From a virus (lineage: Duplodnaviria; Heunggongvirae; Uroviricota; Caudoviricetes): a stretch of 40,386 bases of DNA. The stretch is from the IMG/VR virus record IMGVR_UViG_649989946_000002; one strand, 5' to 3'. Of this stretch, positions 1 to 11,207 are shown piece by piece. Under the pieces are notes generated by a model, which had not been told where the DNA came from, did not search any database, and was given only the letters and a program-made list of their open reading frames with translations. The translations under genes and the position numbers were made by a program. Numbering within the stretch: position 1 is the stretch's first letter; each line of letters starts with the position of its first letter.

Positions 1-423
1 TCACGGGGCTGATGTGCCGGCATCGCTAGCTGACTTCTTCGCGGCTGCCGTGTTCTGTGCCACCGCGGACGCGTTACGCGCCACCTCTTCCACCATCAGT
101 TCAAAACGGCGCAGTGCCTCAGGACGGGCATCATCCTCCGTCATGGCACCGAGAAAATCATTCAGCGTACCGGGTCGGGAATCTTCATACACGGTGATGG
201 TCCCGGCATGTGACGGCGGGAATCCTTCCACCAACAGAATAACGCTGTACTGACCGTACTCAACGTCCATGCTGTAACGCCCGGCTTCATCCGGATTTTC
301 TGAGGCCAGCGTGTTCACCACCACCGTGGTACTGTTACGTTTTGCTTTCAGCTGGATTGTGCAGTTCTGTACCGGTTTTCCTCGTGCCGTCTTTCAGTAC
401 ACCTGAAATCTTTACTGCCATAT
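1..423 (-). CDS. stf: Side tail fibre protein Stf, N-terminal portion; gene runs off the window start; reading frame broken near 382-387
   Basis: ATG at 423 gives MAVKISGVLKDGT then the frame shifts; the continuing frame (ORF 1..324) reads VVVNTLASENPDEAGRYSMDVEYGQYSV..., matching the lambda Stf N-terminus as recalled. Confidence 0.7.
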
Positions 424-432
424 TCACCCCAC

Positions 433-459
433 AAAAAAGCCCGCCTGAACCGGCGGGCT
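433..459 (-). terminator. Rho-independent terminator between lom and stf
   Basis: Minus strand reads AGCCCGCC-GGTTCA-GGCGGGCT followed by TTTTTTGT. Confidence 0.6.
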
Positions 460-485
460 GTCATAACACTGTGTTACCTGGCTAA

Positions 486-1085
486 TCAGAATTTATAACC
501 GACACCCACGATGAAACCGTCAGTGCGCCAGTCGCCACTGCCGGAACCTTCATAAGCGACATCAACGGCCACGGATTCGGTCGGGTTAAACTGCACGCCA
601 GCCCCCCACGCCAGAGACGTGTTGCTGTGGCGACCGTCATCACTTCCGATCAGCACATCGTGCGTTTTCCCCGTATTGTCGGTCACCTGCAGATAATCCC
701 CGGAGAAAGTCGACACACGGCTGTAAGCCACACCCGCCATCGCATACGCGCTGAACCATTCATTCACGCGCACAGACGGCCCCGCCATCACGCTGAACCA
801 GCGGTTACGCACGGAATCTTCATGCCAGCGGGTATCGCTGTAATGCGTTTTTTGCTCATCTTCAGCGTTGGCATAACTGAATGACGTAATCAGCCCCAGC
901 GTGTCCGTAAACTCATAACGGTATTTCACGTTAATCCCGTTCAGATTATCGCTGCCGGGAGCGTTCGTACGGGCATGAAGATACCCTGCGCTCAGTGTGG
1001 CCTGCTGCTCAGACGCCCATGCAGGCGCACCGGATACGGCCAGACAGATGGCGGTGGACAAAATGGCTGCACAAACTTTACGCAT
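486..1085 (-). CDS. lom: Outer-membrane beta-barrel protein Lom
   Basis: 199-aa ORF with signal peptide ([24 protein letters not shown]), ends in aromatic residue (GYKF); position directly downstream of J as in lambda. Confidence 0.9.
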   Translation of the reverse strand: MRKVCAAILSTAICLAVSGAPAWASEQQATLSAGYLHARTNAPGSDNLNGINVKYRYEFTDTLGLITSFSYANAEDEQKTHYSDTRWHEDSVRNRWFSVMAGPSVRVNEWFSAYAMAGVAYSRVSTFSGDYLQVTDNTGKTHDVLIGSDDGRHSNTSLAWGAGVQFNPTESVAVDVAYEGSGSGDWRTDGFIVGVGYKF

Positions 1086-1109
1086 AATTACCTCTCGCTT
1101 TTCTGCAAT

Positions 1110-1133
1110 AAAAAAGGCGCCATTTCTGGCGCC
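1110..1133 (-). terminator. Rho-independent terminator between J and lom
   Basis: Minus strand GGCGCCA-GAAA-TGGCGCC followed by TTTTTT. Confidence 0.6.
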
Positions 1134-1152
1134 CGTATATGGGTTATAAAAT

Positions 1153-4100
1153 TCAGCTGATACTGATGCCTGCGGTGGCTTTCTTCATCACCACAACCAG
1201 CAAATCGCTGATACTTGCTGTGGGATACCAGTCATTTACCAGCCATGATGACACCGAAAACTCCAGCGTCATGTGGCCGCGACCAGCTGGCATATCAATA
1301 ACACCACTGTAAATCAGCGTATTATCCAGCGCGGTACGGTTATAAATTTCAGCACCGTTTTTCCGTACTATCAGGCGGCATGACGAATAAATATCGTTAT
1401 TCTCCCGCTCATGTTTAGCGCCGCTGAATGCCACCGCCGGAATAACAATTTGCCTGTCAAAAGGCTGATCGTCATAAATCCTGACGGTAATGGTCCCTGA
1501 TGGCCACCGCTCCGGTGCCCGGGAGTCCCGCGGGAAAGCCTTACCCACTGTTTTGACAATATCGCCTTCAATCTGGTTGGCTGACAGTTTCCCTTTAATC
1601 TGACAGTTCTCATTTATCGTAACGTTGTTGAGCGTCCCGGAGTTCGCATTCACACTGCCACTGATATCTGCATTTTTAGCGGTCAGCTTTCCGTCCGGTG
1701 TCAGGGAAAATGCAGGAGGATTACCGCCGCTGGTAATGGTGGGAGCCGTCAGATATTTCAGGAACACTTCATTCATGAATATCTGATCACCCTGACCAAC
1801 AAACATCGGTTTTGTGTTGCCATTTGCAGGATTAATCATCGCAATCCTGTCTGCCGCCAGCAGCACCTGACTCTGCATGCCGTCGGGGGTGTTCTCAATA
1901 CCGGCACCGATACCCGCGATATAAAGGCGTCCGTCCTGCATCTGCTGCAGCTTCACAGCCCACATGCTGTTCAGATTATTATTTGTATCAACCTGAACCT
2001 TCTGTATCTGCTGGATCGCTGCACTCTGGTCTTCCAGTTTCTTATTGACGGTCTGTGTGATTTCATTGCTGACATCCGTAATGGATGTCCTGATTTCAGC
2101 CAGGTCAGGCGCAAGCTGACCGTTATCAATCTGCGTCCACAGCTCCTGAGCCAGATGGGTTTTCCCTATCTCGCCTTTGAAAAAATCCAGATAGCCGGAT
2201 GCGTCATCACTCGGCTGACCAACAGCCTCCACGAATGCCGATTTGCCAACGGTGTTCACACTGCGAACGTAAAAATAATAATTATGGCCCGGTTTGATAT
2301 TGATACTGGCGGCTATCCAGTACAGCGCCGTACCAAGATAGCGGGCTGTGGTTTCAACCTGCCTGATATCCGCAATCCGTTTTTCCGAGAACCAGAACTC
2401 AAACTGTACCGTCGGGTCATAAACCGCAAGATGTGGCGTGGCGGTTATCTGAAAATAGCCCGGTGTCAGCTCAATCCGAGACGGCGCTGCCGGTGCGGCA
2501 ATCCGGAACGATACCGATGCCGGATCGCCCTGCAGCTCCCACGCATTTACCGCCCGGACCGTCAGCATGTAACGCCCCAGCGCCAGTTGCGTGAAGCGGT
2601 ATGTGGTTTCCGTCGTCCTGGCCGTGCTGACCAGCCGCTCACTGCCATCGTCCGCTGCCACGGTCAGGCGAAGCAGGAAGCTCACGCCCTTCACCACCTT
2701 CGGCGTGTCCCAGCGCGCCAGCACCTGATATTCCCCACTGTCTGCGGTGACTTCGGCGGTCAGGTGCTGCACCGCTGGCGGCGTGACACCATTCACCGTG
2801 CCGCTCTGGTCGCCGTCAAAGTGCGCCCCGTTATCCACGATGGCTTCTTTTTCCGGTACATGCTGCACGGCAGTGATGGCATACGTGCCGTCATCGTTCT
2901 CACGGATACTCACACAGCGGAACAGGCGCTGACGCAACGTCGGCAATTTCAGCCCCCACACGCTGTATTCTGCAACGCCGTCAGGAACCCGGTTCACTTT
3001 CACCTTAAGTCCGTCGGTGACGGACTGAACCTCCACGCTGACCGGATTACCACTTCCGTCAACCAGGCTTATCAGCGTGGTACCGGAGGATGGCAGCGTG
3101 ATTTCACGGTCGAGCGTCAACGTCCGGGTCTGGCTGTTTACCGCCAGCACGCGACCACCGGTGCTGATACCGGCATAGTCATCATCGCAGATTTCAATGA
3201 CATCGCCCGGTACATGGCGAAGCCCTTCAGCACCCACGCTGAAATCCACGGTCTGCGTCTCCAGCAGTTCCGTTTTAATCAGCCACAGCCCGGCGCGGTG
3301 TGCCTGCCCCCGACTGGTACAGCCAAAGGCATCCATCTTCGTGACGTTACGACCGTAACGGGCAATGGCCTGCGTGTCCTCCACAAGCTCTGTCGCCGTC
3401 TCCCAGCCGTTATCCGGGTCAATCCAGTTCACCTCAACGGCATTATGGCGGTCTTTCAGGGCGCTGAAGCTGTAGCGGAACGGCGCGCCATCATCCGGCA
3501 TCACCACATTGCTGCGGTTATAGATCCACACCTTATCCGACGGTCGGTCCTGCACGAATGTCAGCGTCTGCCCGTTCCATACCGGCATACAGCGCATCGC
3601 CGAGCAAAAATCACTGAGAACATCCCACGCCTTGCGCTGTGTGGTCAGCCAGGCATTACAGGTGATGCGCGGCTCCGTGCCACCAAAGCCATCCGGCACC
3701 GACTGGTCGCAATTCTGGCCGATGACATACAGCGCCCATTTGTCCACATCCGCCGCACCGAGACGCTTCCCCATGCCGTAGCGCGGATGGGTCAGCATAT
3801 CCCACAGACACCAGGCCATGTTGTTGCTGTATGCTGGCTTAAACGTTCCGTCCCAGATACCGCTGTATTGCCGCGTCTGCGGGTTATAGTTCGACGGCAC
3901 CTGCAGAATGCGCCCGCGAAGATGATAATTACGGCTCACCTGCTGGCTGCCGAACTGTTCCGAGTCCACCTGCACGCCGACCAGTGCCGTGTTCGGGTAG
4001 CACTGTTTCACATCGATGATTTCGGTGTATGACGACCAGAGCGTTTTGTTCTGCAGCTGGTCTGTGGTGCTGTCCGGCGTCATTCTGCGCATCCGGATAT

Positions 4101-4632
4101 TAAACGGGCGCGGCGGCAGGTTATCCACCACCACCGAGGCCAGATACTGCGAGGTGGTTTTGCCCTTAATGGTGATGTCTTTTTCCGTCACCCAGCCACC
4201 ATTACGCTGTATCTGAACCAGCAGGCGAACTTCCGACGGATTCCGGTCCCCCTTTGAGGTGGTTTCCACCAGTGCCTGCACACCGAAGGTAAAGCGCAGT
4301 CGGTCGATGTTTGCCGACGTGATGGCGCGGGTGATCGGCGTGTCGTATTTCACTTCCGTACCCAACACCGTCTCGGAGCCGGAGGATTCAAATCCCTCCG
4401 GCGGAGTCTGCTCCTGCTCACCAGCCCGGAACACCACCGTGACACCGGCGATGTTGGTATTCCCATCACTGTCCAGCACCGGCGTACTGTTCAGCAGCAC
4501 GCTTTTTAATCCATCCACCGGACCTTCAATCGGCCCTTCACTGATGGCATCAATCACACTCAGCAACTGCGTGGACTTCAGGTTGTCCTTCGCTTCGCGC
4601 GGGGTATGCCCCTTACTGCTTCCTTTACCCAT
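1153..4632 (-). CDS. J: Tail tip / host-specificity protein J (central tail fibre)
   Basis: 1159-aa ORF, N-terminus [45 protein letters not shown] typical of lambda J; gene order I-J-lom. Confidence 0.95.
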   Translation of the reverse strand: MGKGSSKGHTPREAKDNLKSTQLLSVIDAISEGPIEGPVDGLKSVLLNSTPVLDSDGNTNIAGVTVVFRAGEQEQTPPEGFESSGSETVLGTEVKYDTPITRAITSANIDRLRFTFGVQALVETTSKGDRNPSEVRLLVQIQRNGGWVTEKDITIKGKTTSQYLASVVVDNLPPRPFNIRMRRMTPDSTTDQLQNKTLWSSYTEIIDVKQCYPNTALVGVQVDSEQFGSQQVSRNYHLRGRILQVPSNYNPQTRQYSGIWDGTFKPAYSNNMAWCLWDMLTHPRYGMGKRLGAADVDKWALYVIGQNCDQSVPDGFGGTEPRITCNAWLTTQRKAWDVLSDFCSAMRCMPVWNGQTLTFVQDRPSDKVWIYNRSNVVMPDDGAPFRYSFSALKDRHNAVEVNWIDPDNGWETATELVEDTQAIARYGRNVTKMDAFGCTSRGQAHRAGLWLIKTELLETQTVDFSVGAEGLRHVPGDVIEICDDDYAGISTGGRVLAVNSQTRTLTLDREITLPSSGTTLISLVDGSGNPVSVEVQSVTDGLKVKVNRVPDGVAEYSVWGLKLPTLRQRLFRCVSIRENDDGTYAITAVQHVPEKEAIVDNGAHFDGDQSGTVNGVTPPAVQHLTAEVTADSGEYQVLARWDTPKVVKGVSFLLRLTVAADDGSERLVSTARTTETTYRFTQLALGRYMLTVRAVNAWELQGDPASVSFRIAAPAAPSRIELTPGYFQITATPHLAVYDPTVQFEFWFSEKRIADIRQVETTARYLGTALYWIAASINIKPGHNYYFYVRSVNTVGKSAFVEAVGQPSDDASGYLDFFKGEIGKTHLAQELWTQIDNGQLAPDLAEIRTSITDVSNEITQTVNKKLEDQSAAIQQIQKVQVDTNNNLNSMWAVKLQQMQDGRLYIAGIGAGIENTPDGMQSQVLLAADRIAMINPANGNTKPMFVGQGDQIFMNEVFLKYLTAPTITSGGNPPAFSLTPDGKLTAKNADISGSVNANSGTLNNVTINENCQIKGKLSANQIEGDIVKTVGKAFPRDSRAPERWPSGTITVRIYDDQPFDRQIVIPAVAFSGAKHERENNDIYSSCRLIVRKNGAEIYNRTALDNTLIYSGVIDMPAGRGHMTLEFSVSSWLVNDWYPTASISDLLVVVMKKATAGISIS

Positions 4633-4692
4633 TCCTCACGCTCCATAAACGACAAAACCGCCCGCAGGCGGTTTCACATAAAACATTTTGCA

Positions 4693-5364
4693 TCAGCGAC
4701 CAATCACCACAACCTGACCACCGTCCCCTTCGTCTGCCGTGCTGATCTCCTGAGAAACCACGCGTGACCCCACGCGCATTTCACCGTACAGAACCGGCAG
4801 AACATTGCCCTGGGCAACCATGTTATCCAGTGAGGAGAAATAGGTGTTCTGTTTGCCGTTATCCGTTGTCTGTGTACGGGGAGTTCTGGCTTTCGGTGCC
4901 AGCATCTGCGCCACACCACCGAGCACCATACTGGCACCGAGAGAAAACAGGATGCCGGTCATACCACCGGCCCCAATGGCTGCCCCCCATGCTGCAAGGG
5001 TGGCTCCGGCGGTAAAGAATGATCCGGCAATGGCGGCAGCCCCCAGGACAATCTGGAATACGCCACCTGACTTGGCCCCGGCGACTCTGGGAACAATATG
5101 AATCACAGCGCCATCAGGCAGAGTCTCATGTAACTGCGCCGTTAACCCGGACGTGCTGACGTCCCGCCCGGCAATCCGTACCTGATACCAGCCGTCGCTC
5201 AGTTTCTGACGAAACACCGGGAGCTGTGTGGCCAGTGCGCGGATGGCTTCAGCCCCCGTTTTCACACGAAGGTCGATGCGGCGGCCAAATCGTTGCAAAT
5301 CCCCGTAAAGGCAGATGCGCGCCATGCCCGGTGACGCCAGAGGGAGTGTGTGCGTCGCTGCCAT
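4693..5364 (-). CDS. I: Tail assembly protein I
   Basis: 223-aa ORF, same length as lambda I, overlaps 3' end of K by about 100 nt as in lambda; hydrophobic C-terminal half. Confidence 0.9.
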   Translation of the reverse strand: MAATHTLPLASPGMARICLYGDLQRFGRRIDLRVKTGAEAIRALATQLPVFRQKLSDGWYQVRIAGRDVSTSGLTAQLHETLPDGAVIHIVPRVAGAKSGGVFQIVLGAAAIAGSFFTAGATLAAWGAAIGAGGMTGILFSLGASMVLGGVAQMLAPKARTPRTQTTDNGKQNTYFSSLDNMVAQGNVLPVLYGEMRVGSRVVSQEISTADEGDGGQVVVIGR

Positions 5365-6005
5365 TTGTCGGTATACCTCTCTCGTTTGCTCAGTTGTTCA
5401 GGAATATGGTGCAGCAGCTCGCCATCACCACAGTAAATGGCGGCATGATTCGGCACCGATGAACCAAAACAGCACAGCAGCACATCGCCCGGTTGTGCTG
5501 ATGACAACGGCACCTGATACAGCCCTGTGGCCTCCAGATTATCCAGATAGAGATTCTGACCGTGACGCCACCAGTCATCCTCGCGATGAAAATCCGGCAT
5601 CTCAATCCCCGCCAGATGATAAGCATCCCGGAACAGCGTGTAACAGTCCGTCACCCCGTGCTCAAAGCGCCGCCCTGTGAGATGCGGCACACAGCGGAAC
5701 TTATGAATCGTCCCCCGGCAGACCAGCCACCACGGCAAATCACTCTGCACCTGCAGCCGCCGGTCGGCCTCACTCAGCCAGGGCAGACCACCGGGGTGGC
5801 TGTGGACCAGCGCCACAATCTCACCCTGCATTTCTGCCTGCAGCCAGTCTTCCGGCGACATACGGAAATACGCCTCCGGCTCACCGGAGATATTCACGCA
5901 GGGGAAATATCTTTCCCCCTCCGGCGTGCTTACCACGAAGCCGCACGACTCCGCTGGCGCACATCGCCGGGCGTGCGCCAGAATCGCTGATTCTGTCTGT
6001 GTCAT
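5262..6005 (-). CDS. K: Tail assembly protein K (JAB/MPN plus NlpC/P60-like); true start may be the internal Met at 5861
   Basis: 247-aa ORF MTQTESAILAHARRC... with HSHPGG (JAB) motif; follows L. Confidence 0.85.
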   Translation of the reverse strand: MTQTESAILAHARRCAPAESCGFVVSTPEGERYFPCVNISGEPEAYFRMSPEDWLQAEMQGEIVALVHSHPGGLPWLSEADRRLQVQSDLPWWLVCRGTIHKFRCVPHLTGRRFEHGVTDCYTLFRDAYHLAGIEMPDFHREDDWWRHGQNLYLDNLEATGLYQVPLSSAQPGDVLLCCFGSSVPNHAAIYCGDGELLHHIPEQLSKRERYTDKWQRRTHSLWRHRAWRASAFTGICNDLAAASTFV

Positions 6006-6010
6006 GGGAT

Positions 6011-6708
6011 TTACTGCGAAAGTTTGTTAATGGAAAGGAAGCCGCCAAAGTTGCCGACGTTATTGCGGAACTTACAACCGCTCAGGCATTTGCTGCATTT
6101 ATCCTTCGTGATATCGGACGTTGGCTGGTCATATTCATCCGCGACCGCCGGACCGTGATAACCGCACTCATCGCCGCGATAGGTCCAGGTGCAGGTGTTG
6201 GCCAGCATGATACGTCCCGGAAAAACAGCGCCGTCCGTTTCCGTCGGCGTGGACAGTACAAAAGAGGCACTCACCGCGCTCAGTTCGCTGCACTGCTCAA
6301 TGCGCCAGCGGCTGATCACCTCCTGCTCCGGATCGGCGTCACTGTTTCCGTTGACGAAGTTCACCGCATCCAGAAAACGGGCGTAAACCTTACGCCGGAC
6401 CACCGTTCCGCCGACCAGACTCTGCAGATCTTCCGCCATCCCGGTGACCATACCGTACAGGTTAGAAACCGTCAGCGTGGGGCGCGTACTGGTGCCTTTG
6501 CCATTCAGTTCAAAACCACTCCCCTGAATGGGATACGGCTGATACTGTCGCCCCTGCCAGGTGACCGGCTCACCTTTTTCGTTCTGCTCATTACAGAAAA
6601 ATAACGTTCTCCACCGACCTCTGTCAGATCGATTTCCCAGAGCACCACGCTGGCAGACTGCTCCGCACGGGTGCATTCATTCAGTGTTTCCTGCCGGATA
6701 TCCTGCAT
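6011..6708 (-). pseudogene. L: Minor tail protein L, reading frame broken by 1-nt deletion in a homopolymer (forward A5 at 6597-6601)
   Basis: ORF 6505..6708 gives MQDIRQETLNECTRAEQSASVVLWEIDLTEVGGERYF then diverges; ORF 6011..6676 carries FFCNEQNEKGEPVTWQGRQ... onward; one extra T would join them into a ~232-aa L. Confidence 0.8.
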
Positions 6709-7037
6709 CAGTTCACCACCTGTTCAAACTCTGCGCTGAACTCAACACGCAGCATACTGACCCGCGACGACCATTTTGCGCAGGTCACCTTTATCTGCCG
6801 CCACTCATAAGGCGGCGTCCACAGAAAGGATTTCCAGCCCCCGTGCTCAGCCAGAAACGACTCAAGCGCCGTGGCCTCCCAACGGGGAACAGAAAGCGTC
6901 ACGCTGTACGTTTTCAGGTCGGCATTCAGCCCGGCAGGCGCTCGCTGGGAATAGCCATCACCAAAGCGCACCTTTCTTACGGAAGGGGCCGAAGCCACAT
7001 CCATACCGGGTTTCACTTTCCAGCGGAAGGTCTTCAT
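6708..7037 (-). CDS. M: Minor tail protein M
   Basis: 109-aa ORF, lambda M length and position (between H and L). Confidence 0.9.
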   Translation of the reverse strand: MKTFRWKVKPGMDVASAPSVRKVRFGDGYSQRAPAGLNADLKTYSVTLSVPRWEATALESFLAEHGGWKSFLWTPPYEWRQIKVTCAKWSSRVSMLRVEFSAEFEQVVN

Positions 7038-9613
7038 CGTCCACCTCCGGAGAACAGACCACCATCGCGCATCTGTGCCTGAATTTCATCACGGGCACCC
7101 TTGCGGGCCATGTCATACACTGCCTTCATCATCTGTGGACCTGGCAGACCATTCGTACCGTCGTTCTGAATCACCACGTGATTGTTCTGATTAAAATTAA
7201 TGCCTTCAGCCCGCCGCATCTGCGCCGGACTTCCGGCACCGCCCACATAACCACCTTCCGCATAGCCCCGCATCAGGCGGTACAGGTTGCCGACACCAAT
7301 TCGGCTGGTTGCCTCCTTCGTGAAGACAAATTCACCACGGTGAACAATCCCCGCTGGCTCATATTTGCCGCCGGTTCCCGTAAATCCTCCGGTTGCAAAA
7401 TGGAATTTCGCCGCAGCGGCCTGAATGGCTGTACCGCCTGATGCGGATGCGCCGCCACCAACAGCCCCGCCAATGGCGCTACCGATACTCCCGACAATCC
7501 CCACCATTGCCTGCTTAAGCAGAATTTCTGTCATCATGGACAGCACGGAACGGGTGAAGCTGCGCCAGTTCTGCTCACTGCCGGTCAGCATCGCCGCCAT
7601 ATTCTGCGCAATACCATCAAAGGTCTGCGTGGCTGCACTTTTAACCTGCGACATACTGTCCGTGGCGCTCTCTTCCCACTCACTCCAGCCGGACCTGAGG
7701 CCTGCCATCCAGCTCCCGCGAAGCTGGTCTTCAGCCGCCCAGGTCTTTTTCTGCTCTGACATGACGTTATTCAGCGCCAGCGAATTATCGCCATACTGTT
7801 CCTTCAGGCGCTGTTCTGTGGCTTCCCGCGCTGCCTGCCGGTCAGTAAGCCCCCGGTTTTTCGCCTCAATGGCTGCCCGTTTTGCCCGTTGTTGCTGTGC
7901 GAACTTATCCGCCTGCTGCGCCAGCGCGTTCAGGCGCTCCTGATACGTAACCTTGTCGCCAAGTGCAGCCAGCTGGCGTTTGTACTCCAGCGTCTCATCT
8001 TTATGCGCCAGCAGGGATTTCTCCTGTGCGGACAGCTGGCGACGTTGCGCCGCCTCCTCCAGTACCGCGAACTGACTCTCCGCCTTCCACAAATCCCGGC
8101 GCTGCTGGCTGATTTTCTCATTTGCTCCGGCATGCTTCTCCAGCGTCCGGAGTTCAGCCTGAAGCGTCAGCAGGGCAGCATGAGCACTGTCTTCCTGACG
8201 ATCGCCCGCAGACACTTTCACGCCGGACTGTTTCGGCTTTTTCAGCGTCGCTTCATAATCCTTTTTCGCCGCCGCCATCAGCGTGTTGTAATCTGCCTGC
8301 AGGATTTTCCCGTCTTTCAGTGCCTTGTTCAGTTCTTCCTGACGGGCAGTATATTTCTCCAGCGGCGTCTGCAGGCGTTCGTAAGCCTTCTGCGCCTCTT
8401 CGGTATATTTCAGCCGTGATGCCTCAGACTCGGCCCAGTCATTTGCTGCCATCTCTCTGGCCTTTTCAAGATCGGCCTGCAACGTGGCGGCTGAAAGCCC
8501 AAGTTGCGCATTCGCTCTGTCCTCCCATGCTCCCCGGAGATTGGCAAGAAATGCTGAGGTTTTACCGCGCCGGTGGCTTCGGCTCTGATACCACTGCCAT
8601 TTTTTGTCCGCCTCATCAAAAGCCTTTTCTGCTTTCTCCAGCATTCCCTGGGCAGTGTCCGGGCGACCAATATCCAGCACCGAATCCCACATGGATTTGA
8701 ATGCCCGTGCTGTCCTGTCTGCCCAGGTCTCCAGCGTGCCCATGTTCTCTTTCAGGCGGCGGGTCTGGTCATCAAACCCTTTCGTTGCGGCCTCGTTCGC
8801 CGCCTGCAATGCCCCGGCTTCATCTCCGGAACGCTGCAACTGAGCAACATACGCAATCTGCTCCGCCGTCACGTTATGGAACTGACGTGCCATCGCTGTC
8901 AGTCCCGACGTCGGGTCTGTGGTCAGCTTCCCGAAGGCTTCAGCGACCTTGTCCACCTCCACGCCGGATGCAGAGGAGAAACGCGCCACACTCTGGCTGA
9001 TCGCCTCAAACTGCTCACCACCACGCACACCGGCATTCACCAGCGCCGTCAGTGACTCGCTGGTCTGGTTAAACGTCAGCCCTGCCGCCTGCCCGGCTCT
9101 GGACAGGGCCAGAATACGATCTGCCGTCAGTCCCGCCTGATTGCCGGAAAGGACCAGCGTTTTGTTGAAATCGGACAGGGTTGAGTTGCCCTGATACCAG
9201 GCATACGCCAGCGCACCGGTCGCCACCGCCAGCGAGGTGGCCCCCACCATCGGCAGGGTGATCGCACCGGCAAGCCCCCTGAACATGGGGATCATCCCGC
9301 CGAAGGAGTCCTTAACCTGACCACCCTGTTGCAGCAGGATCAGCCACGGACTTTGCCCGCCTGCAAGCTGCGTGGCCACGTCGGTGAACTGTGCAGGCAG
9401 CATACGCATGGCGGCTTTATACTGCCCGACGGAAATCCCCGCTTTCTGTGCAGCCAGCGCCTGTCGGCTCAGCGACTGTTCAACGACTGCCGCTGTTTTT
9501 TTCGCATCAGTTTCCGTACCGGAAAAATGACGCCTGACTCTGGCCATCTGCTCGTCAAATCTGGCCGCATCCAGACTTAAATCAACGACCAGATCGCCTA
9601 CCGGTTCAGCCAT
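7034..9613 (-). CDS. H: Tail tape-measure protein H
   Basis: 859-aa ORF, MAEPVGDLVVDLSLDAARFDEQMARVRRHFSG..., long coiled-coil middle, C-terminal ...RDGGLFSGGGR as in lambda H. Confidence 0.95.
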   Translation of the reverse strand: MAEPVGDLVVDLSLDAARFDEQMARVRRHFSGTETDAKKTAAVVEQSLSRQALAAQKAGISVGQYKAAMRMLPAQFTDVATQLAGGQSPWLILLQQGGQVKDSFGGMIPMFRGLAGAITLPMVGATSLAVATGALAYAWYQGNSTLSDFNKTLVLSGNQAGLTADRILALSRAGQAAGLTFNQTSESLTALVNAGVRGGEQFEAISQSVARFSSASGVEVDKVAEAFGKLTTDPTSGLTAMARQFHNVTAEQIAYVAQLQRSGDEAGALQAANEAATKGFDDQTRRLKENMGTLETWADRTARAFKSMWDSVLDIGRPDTAQGMLEKAEKAFDEADKKWQWYQSRSHRRGKTSAFLANLRGAWEDRANAQLGLSAATLQADLEKAREMAANDWAESEASRLKYTEEAQKAYERLQTPLEKYTARQEELNKALKDGKILQADYNTLMAAAKKDYEATLKKPKQSGVKVSAGDRQEDSAHAALLTLQAELRTLEKHAGANEKISQQRRDLWKAESQFAVLEEAAQRRQLSAQEKSLLAHKDETLEYKRQLAALGDKVTYQERLNALAQQADKFAQQQRAKRAAIEAKNRGLTDRQAAREATEQRLKEQYGDNSLALNNVMSEQKKTWAAEDQLRGSWMAGLRSGWSEWEESATDSMSQVKSAATQTFDGIAQNMAAMLTGSEQNWRSFTRSVLSMMTEILLKQAMVGIVGSIGSAIGGAVGGGASASGGTAIQAAAAKFHFATGGFTGTGGKYEPAGIVHRGEFVFTKEATSRIGVGNLYRLMRGYAEGGYVGGAGSPAQMRRAEGINFNQNNHVVIQNDGTNGLPGPQMMKAVYDMARKGARDEIQAQMRDGGLFSGGGR

Positions 9614-10040
9614 ACCGGACTCCTCCTGCGATCCCTTCTGATACTGTCATCAGCATTACGTCATCCTCCGTCATGTCCGCCACATCCGGGGAAGCGGGGA
9701 TAACTTCATTCCCGTCCGGGCCAAAACGAACGCCTCCGGCAAGCCCTGCCGCTTTCTGCATCAGCACATCATCTTCAGTCTCTTCGTCAGCCTCGCGCCG
9801 GTTCAGCAGACTGAAATCCAGCGGATGCATATCCGGATCGCTGAAAAACAGGCTGAGCACGGTGTACGTCAGCCCGGAAAAGTGCATATCCAGCAGAACA
9901 TCATGAAAATAATGGGTACTGTAAAAGCGGTGCCAGTCGGCATACTCCGTGGATGACATCCCGGCAAGCATGGCACGCCAGTCGGGTCGCCCCATCTCGC
10001 GCGCCAGTTTCAGGGCAAAACTCAGCTCACCGTCGAACAC
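9606..10040 (-). CDS. T: Tail assembly chaperone T segment (expressed as G-T fusion by programmed -1 frameshift)
   Basis: 144-aa ORF in -1 frame relative to G, beginning FDGELSFALKLA directly after the GGGAAAG slippery heptamer. Confidence 0.85.
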   Translation of the reverse strand: MFDGELSFALKLAREMGRPDWRAMLAGMSSTEYADWHRFYSTHYFHDVLLDMHFSGLTYTVLSLFFSDPDMHPLDFSLLNRREADEETEDDVLMQKAAGLAGGVRFGPDGNEVIPASPDVADMTEDDVMLMTVSEGIAGGVRYG

Positions 10041-10444
10041 TTTCCCGCAGAAACAGGCTCTGCAGGCCCGGCGTCCTCTGCCTGTTCAGGGGCATCATTC
10101 ACCACAAACTCATACATACCGGACAGCCGGTACACCACGTTTTCAGCATGAGAAATTGCCTCTGTAGGCCAGGTGGTAAGCACTTCCTGCTCAATCTGTT
10201 TAACGGCTTCATTCATGGAAGGCATCTGCGTCTTCTGCGGATGGTTATGCCACAGGGACATCGCCACCACACAAGCACCGGTTCTGATGGCGTCTTCCAC
10301 AGTAAACTTCCGGTTGCTGTCTGACTCCGCCTGTTCTGCCTGCCGTTTCATCAGGGCGAGATGCTCAATACGCTGCAGGGCTGACAGTTCAGAAAGCGTG
10401 ACGGTCACACCGTTATGTTCAAATGATTCGGTTTTCAGGAACAT
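10022..10444 (-). CDS. G: Tail assembly chaperone G
   Basis: 140-aa ORF MFLKTESFEHNGVTVTLSELSALQRIEHLALMKRQAEQ... ends ...AGKCSTVS; matches lambda G as recalled. Confidence 0.9.
   Translation of the reverse strand: MFLKTESFEHNGVTVTLSELSALQRIEHLALMKRQAEQAESDSNRKFTVEDAIRTGACVVAMSLWHNHPQKTQMPSMNEAVKQIEQEVLTTWPTEAISHAENVVYRLSGMYEFVVNDAPEQAEDAGPAEPVSAGKCSTVS
10040..10046 (-). promoter_or_regulatory. Programmed -1 ribosomal frameshift slippery site G GGA AAG (G to G-T)
   Basis: Minus-strand heptamer GGGAAAG across codons A-G-K near the 3' end of G; the T frame opens immediately after. Confidence 0.8.
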
Positions 10445-10459
10445 CGCTGACTCTCCGGA

Positions 10460-11200
10460 TTAACTGGCGGTGACGTTGATTTCTGCAACCGCAGCAAGTT
10501 CACCATTACCGGATACGACCGGAATGTTGACCTTGCCTGCAGCAACACCTTTCACGGTGATGGTCATACCACTGACCGACACGGTGGCTTTTGTTTTATC
10601 CGCTGACACCGCACGGAAGCTCTTGTCGGTTGCGCCTTCCGGCTGGAATGCCACGGTCAGCGTGGTGCTCTGCCCTTTCACCACCGAGGTGCTGGCAGGC
10701 GTCACGGTCATGCCGGTTGCTGCTGTGACCGTGCTGCGATCTTCTGCCATCGACGGACGGCCCACATTGGTGACCTTCACCGTGCGGGTGATCACTTCCT
10801 TCGCCGTCACCGCCTTACCGATACTGCTGACCCAGCCGCGGAACACATCGACCGTGCCATTCGGGAAGCGGATTTTATAGGCTCGGGTATCCCCTTCATT
10901 AAACCACGCCAGCAGCGCCTGCTGCCCCTGCTCTCCGGGCATCCACGCCAGCGTGAAGCTGGTATCTCCGGCAGATTTCTGCCCCTGCCCGGTCGCAGTC
11001 CAGTCCGCATCTTCATCATCGAGATAGCTGTCGTCATAGGACTCAGCGGTCAGTTCGCCGGGCGTCAGGTCTTTAACTTTAGCCAGACGCGACCAGTCAA
11101 CGTCTGAAAGCGGGTTCGCATAAGGGTCACCGTTCCCCTTATAAACCCACAGTGTGGTCCCGGCCCCTTTCACCGGCATTACTGGATTTGGTACAGGCAT
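10460..11200 (-). CDS. V: Major tail tube protein V (with C-terminal Ig-like domain)
   Basis: ORF 10460..11230; likely start [22 protein letters not shown] at 11200 (246 aa). Confidence 0.9.
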   Translation of the reverse strand: MPVPNPVMPVKGAGTTLWVYKGNGDPYANPLSDVDWSRLAKVKDLTPGELTAESYDDSYLDDEDADWTATGQGQKSAGDTSFTLAWMPGEQGQQALLAWFNEGDTRAYKIRFPNGTVDVFRGWVSSIGKAVTAKEVITRTVKVTNVGRPSMAEDRSTVTAATGMTVTPASTSVVKGQSTTLTVAFQPEGATDKSFRAVSADKTKATVSVSGMTITVKGVAAGKVNIPVVSGNGELAAVAEINVTAS

Positions 11201-11207
11201 AGCGTCC

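Noticed and set aside
2155-4032. 625-aa plus-strand ORF
   Set aside because: Lies entirely antisense within the J tail-fibre gene; composition is Arg/His/Pro-rich and looks like an artefact of GC-rich third positions on the coding strand.
7425-9055. Several plus-strand ORFs of 160-190 aa (7425..7943, 7889..8419, 8122..8700, 8573..9055)
   Set aside because: All antisense to the tape-measure gene H; low-complexity translations with no start context.
10022-10046. G/T overlap as a sixth frameshift error
   Set aside because: The frame change occurs at the canonical GGGAAAG slippery heptamer, which is the known programmed -1 frameshift producing G-T, not damage.
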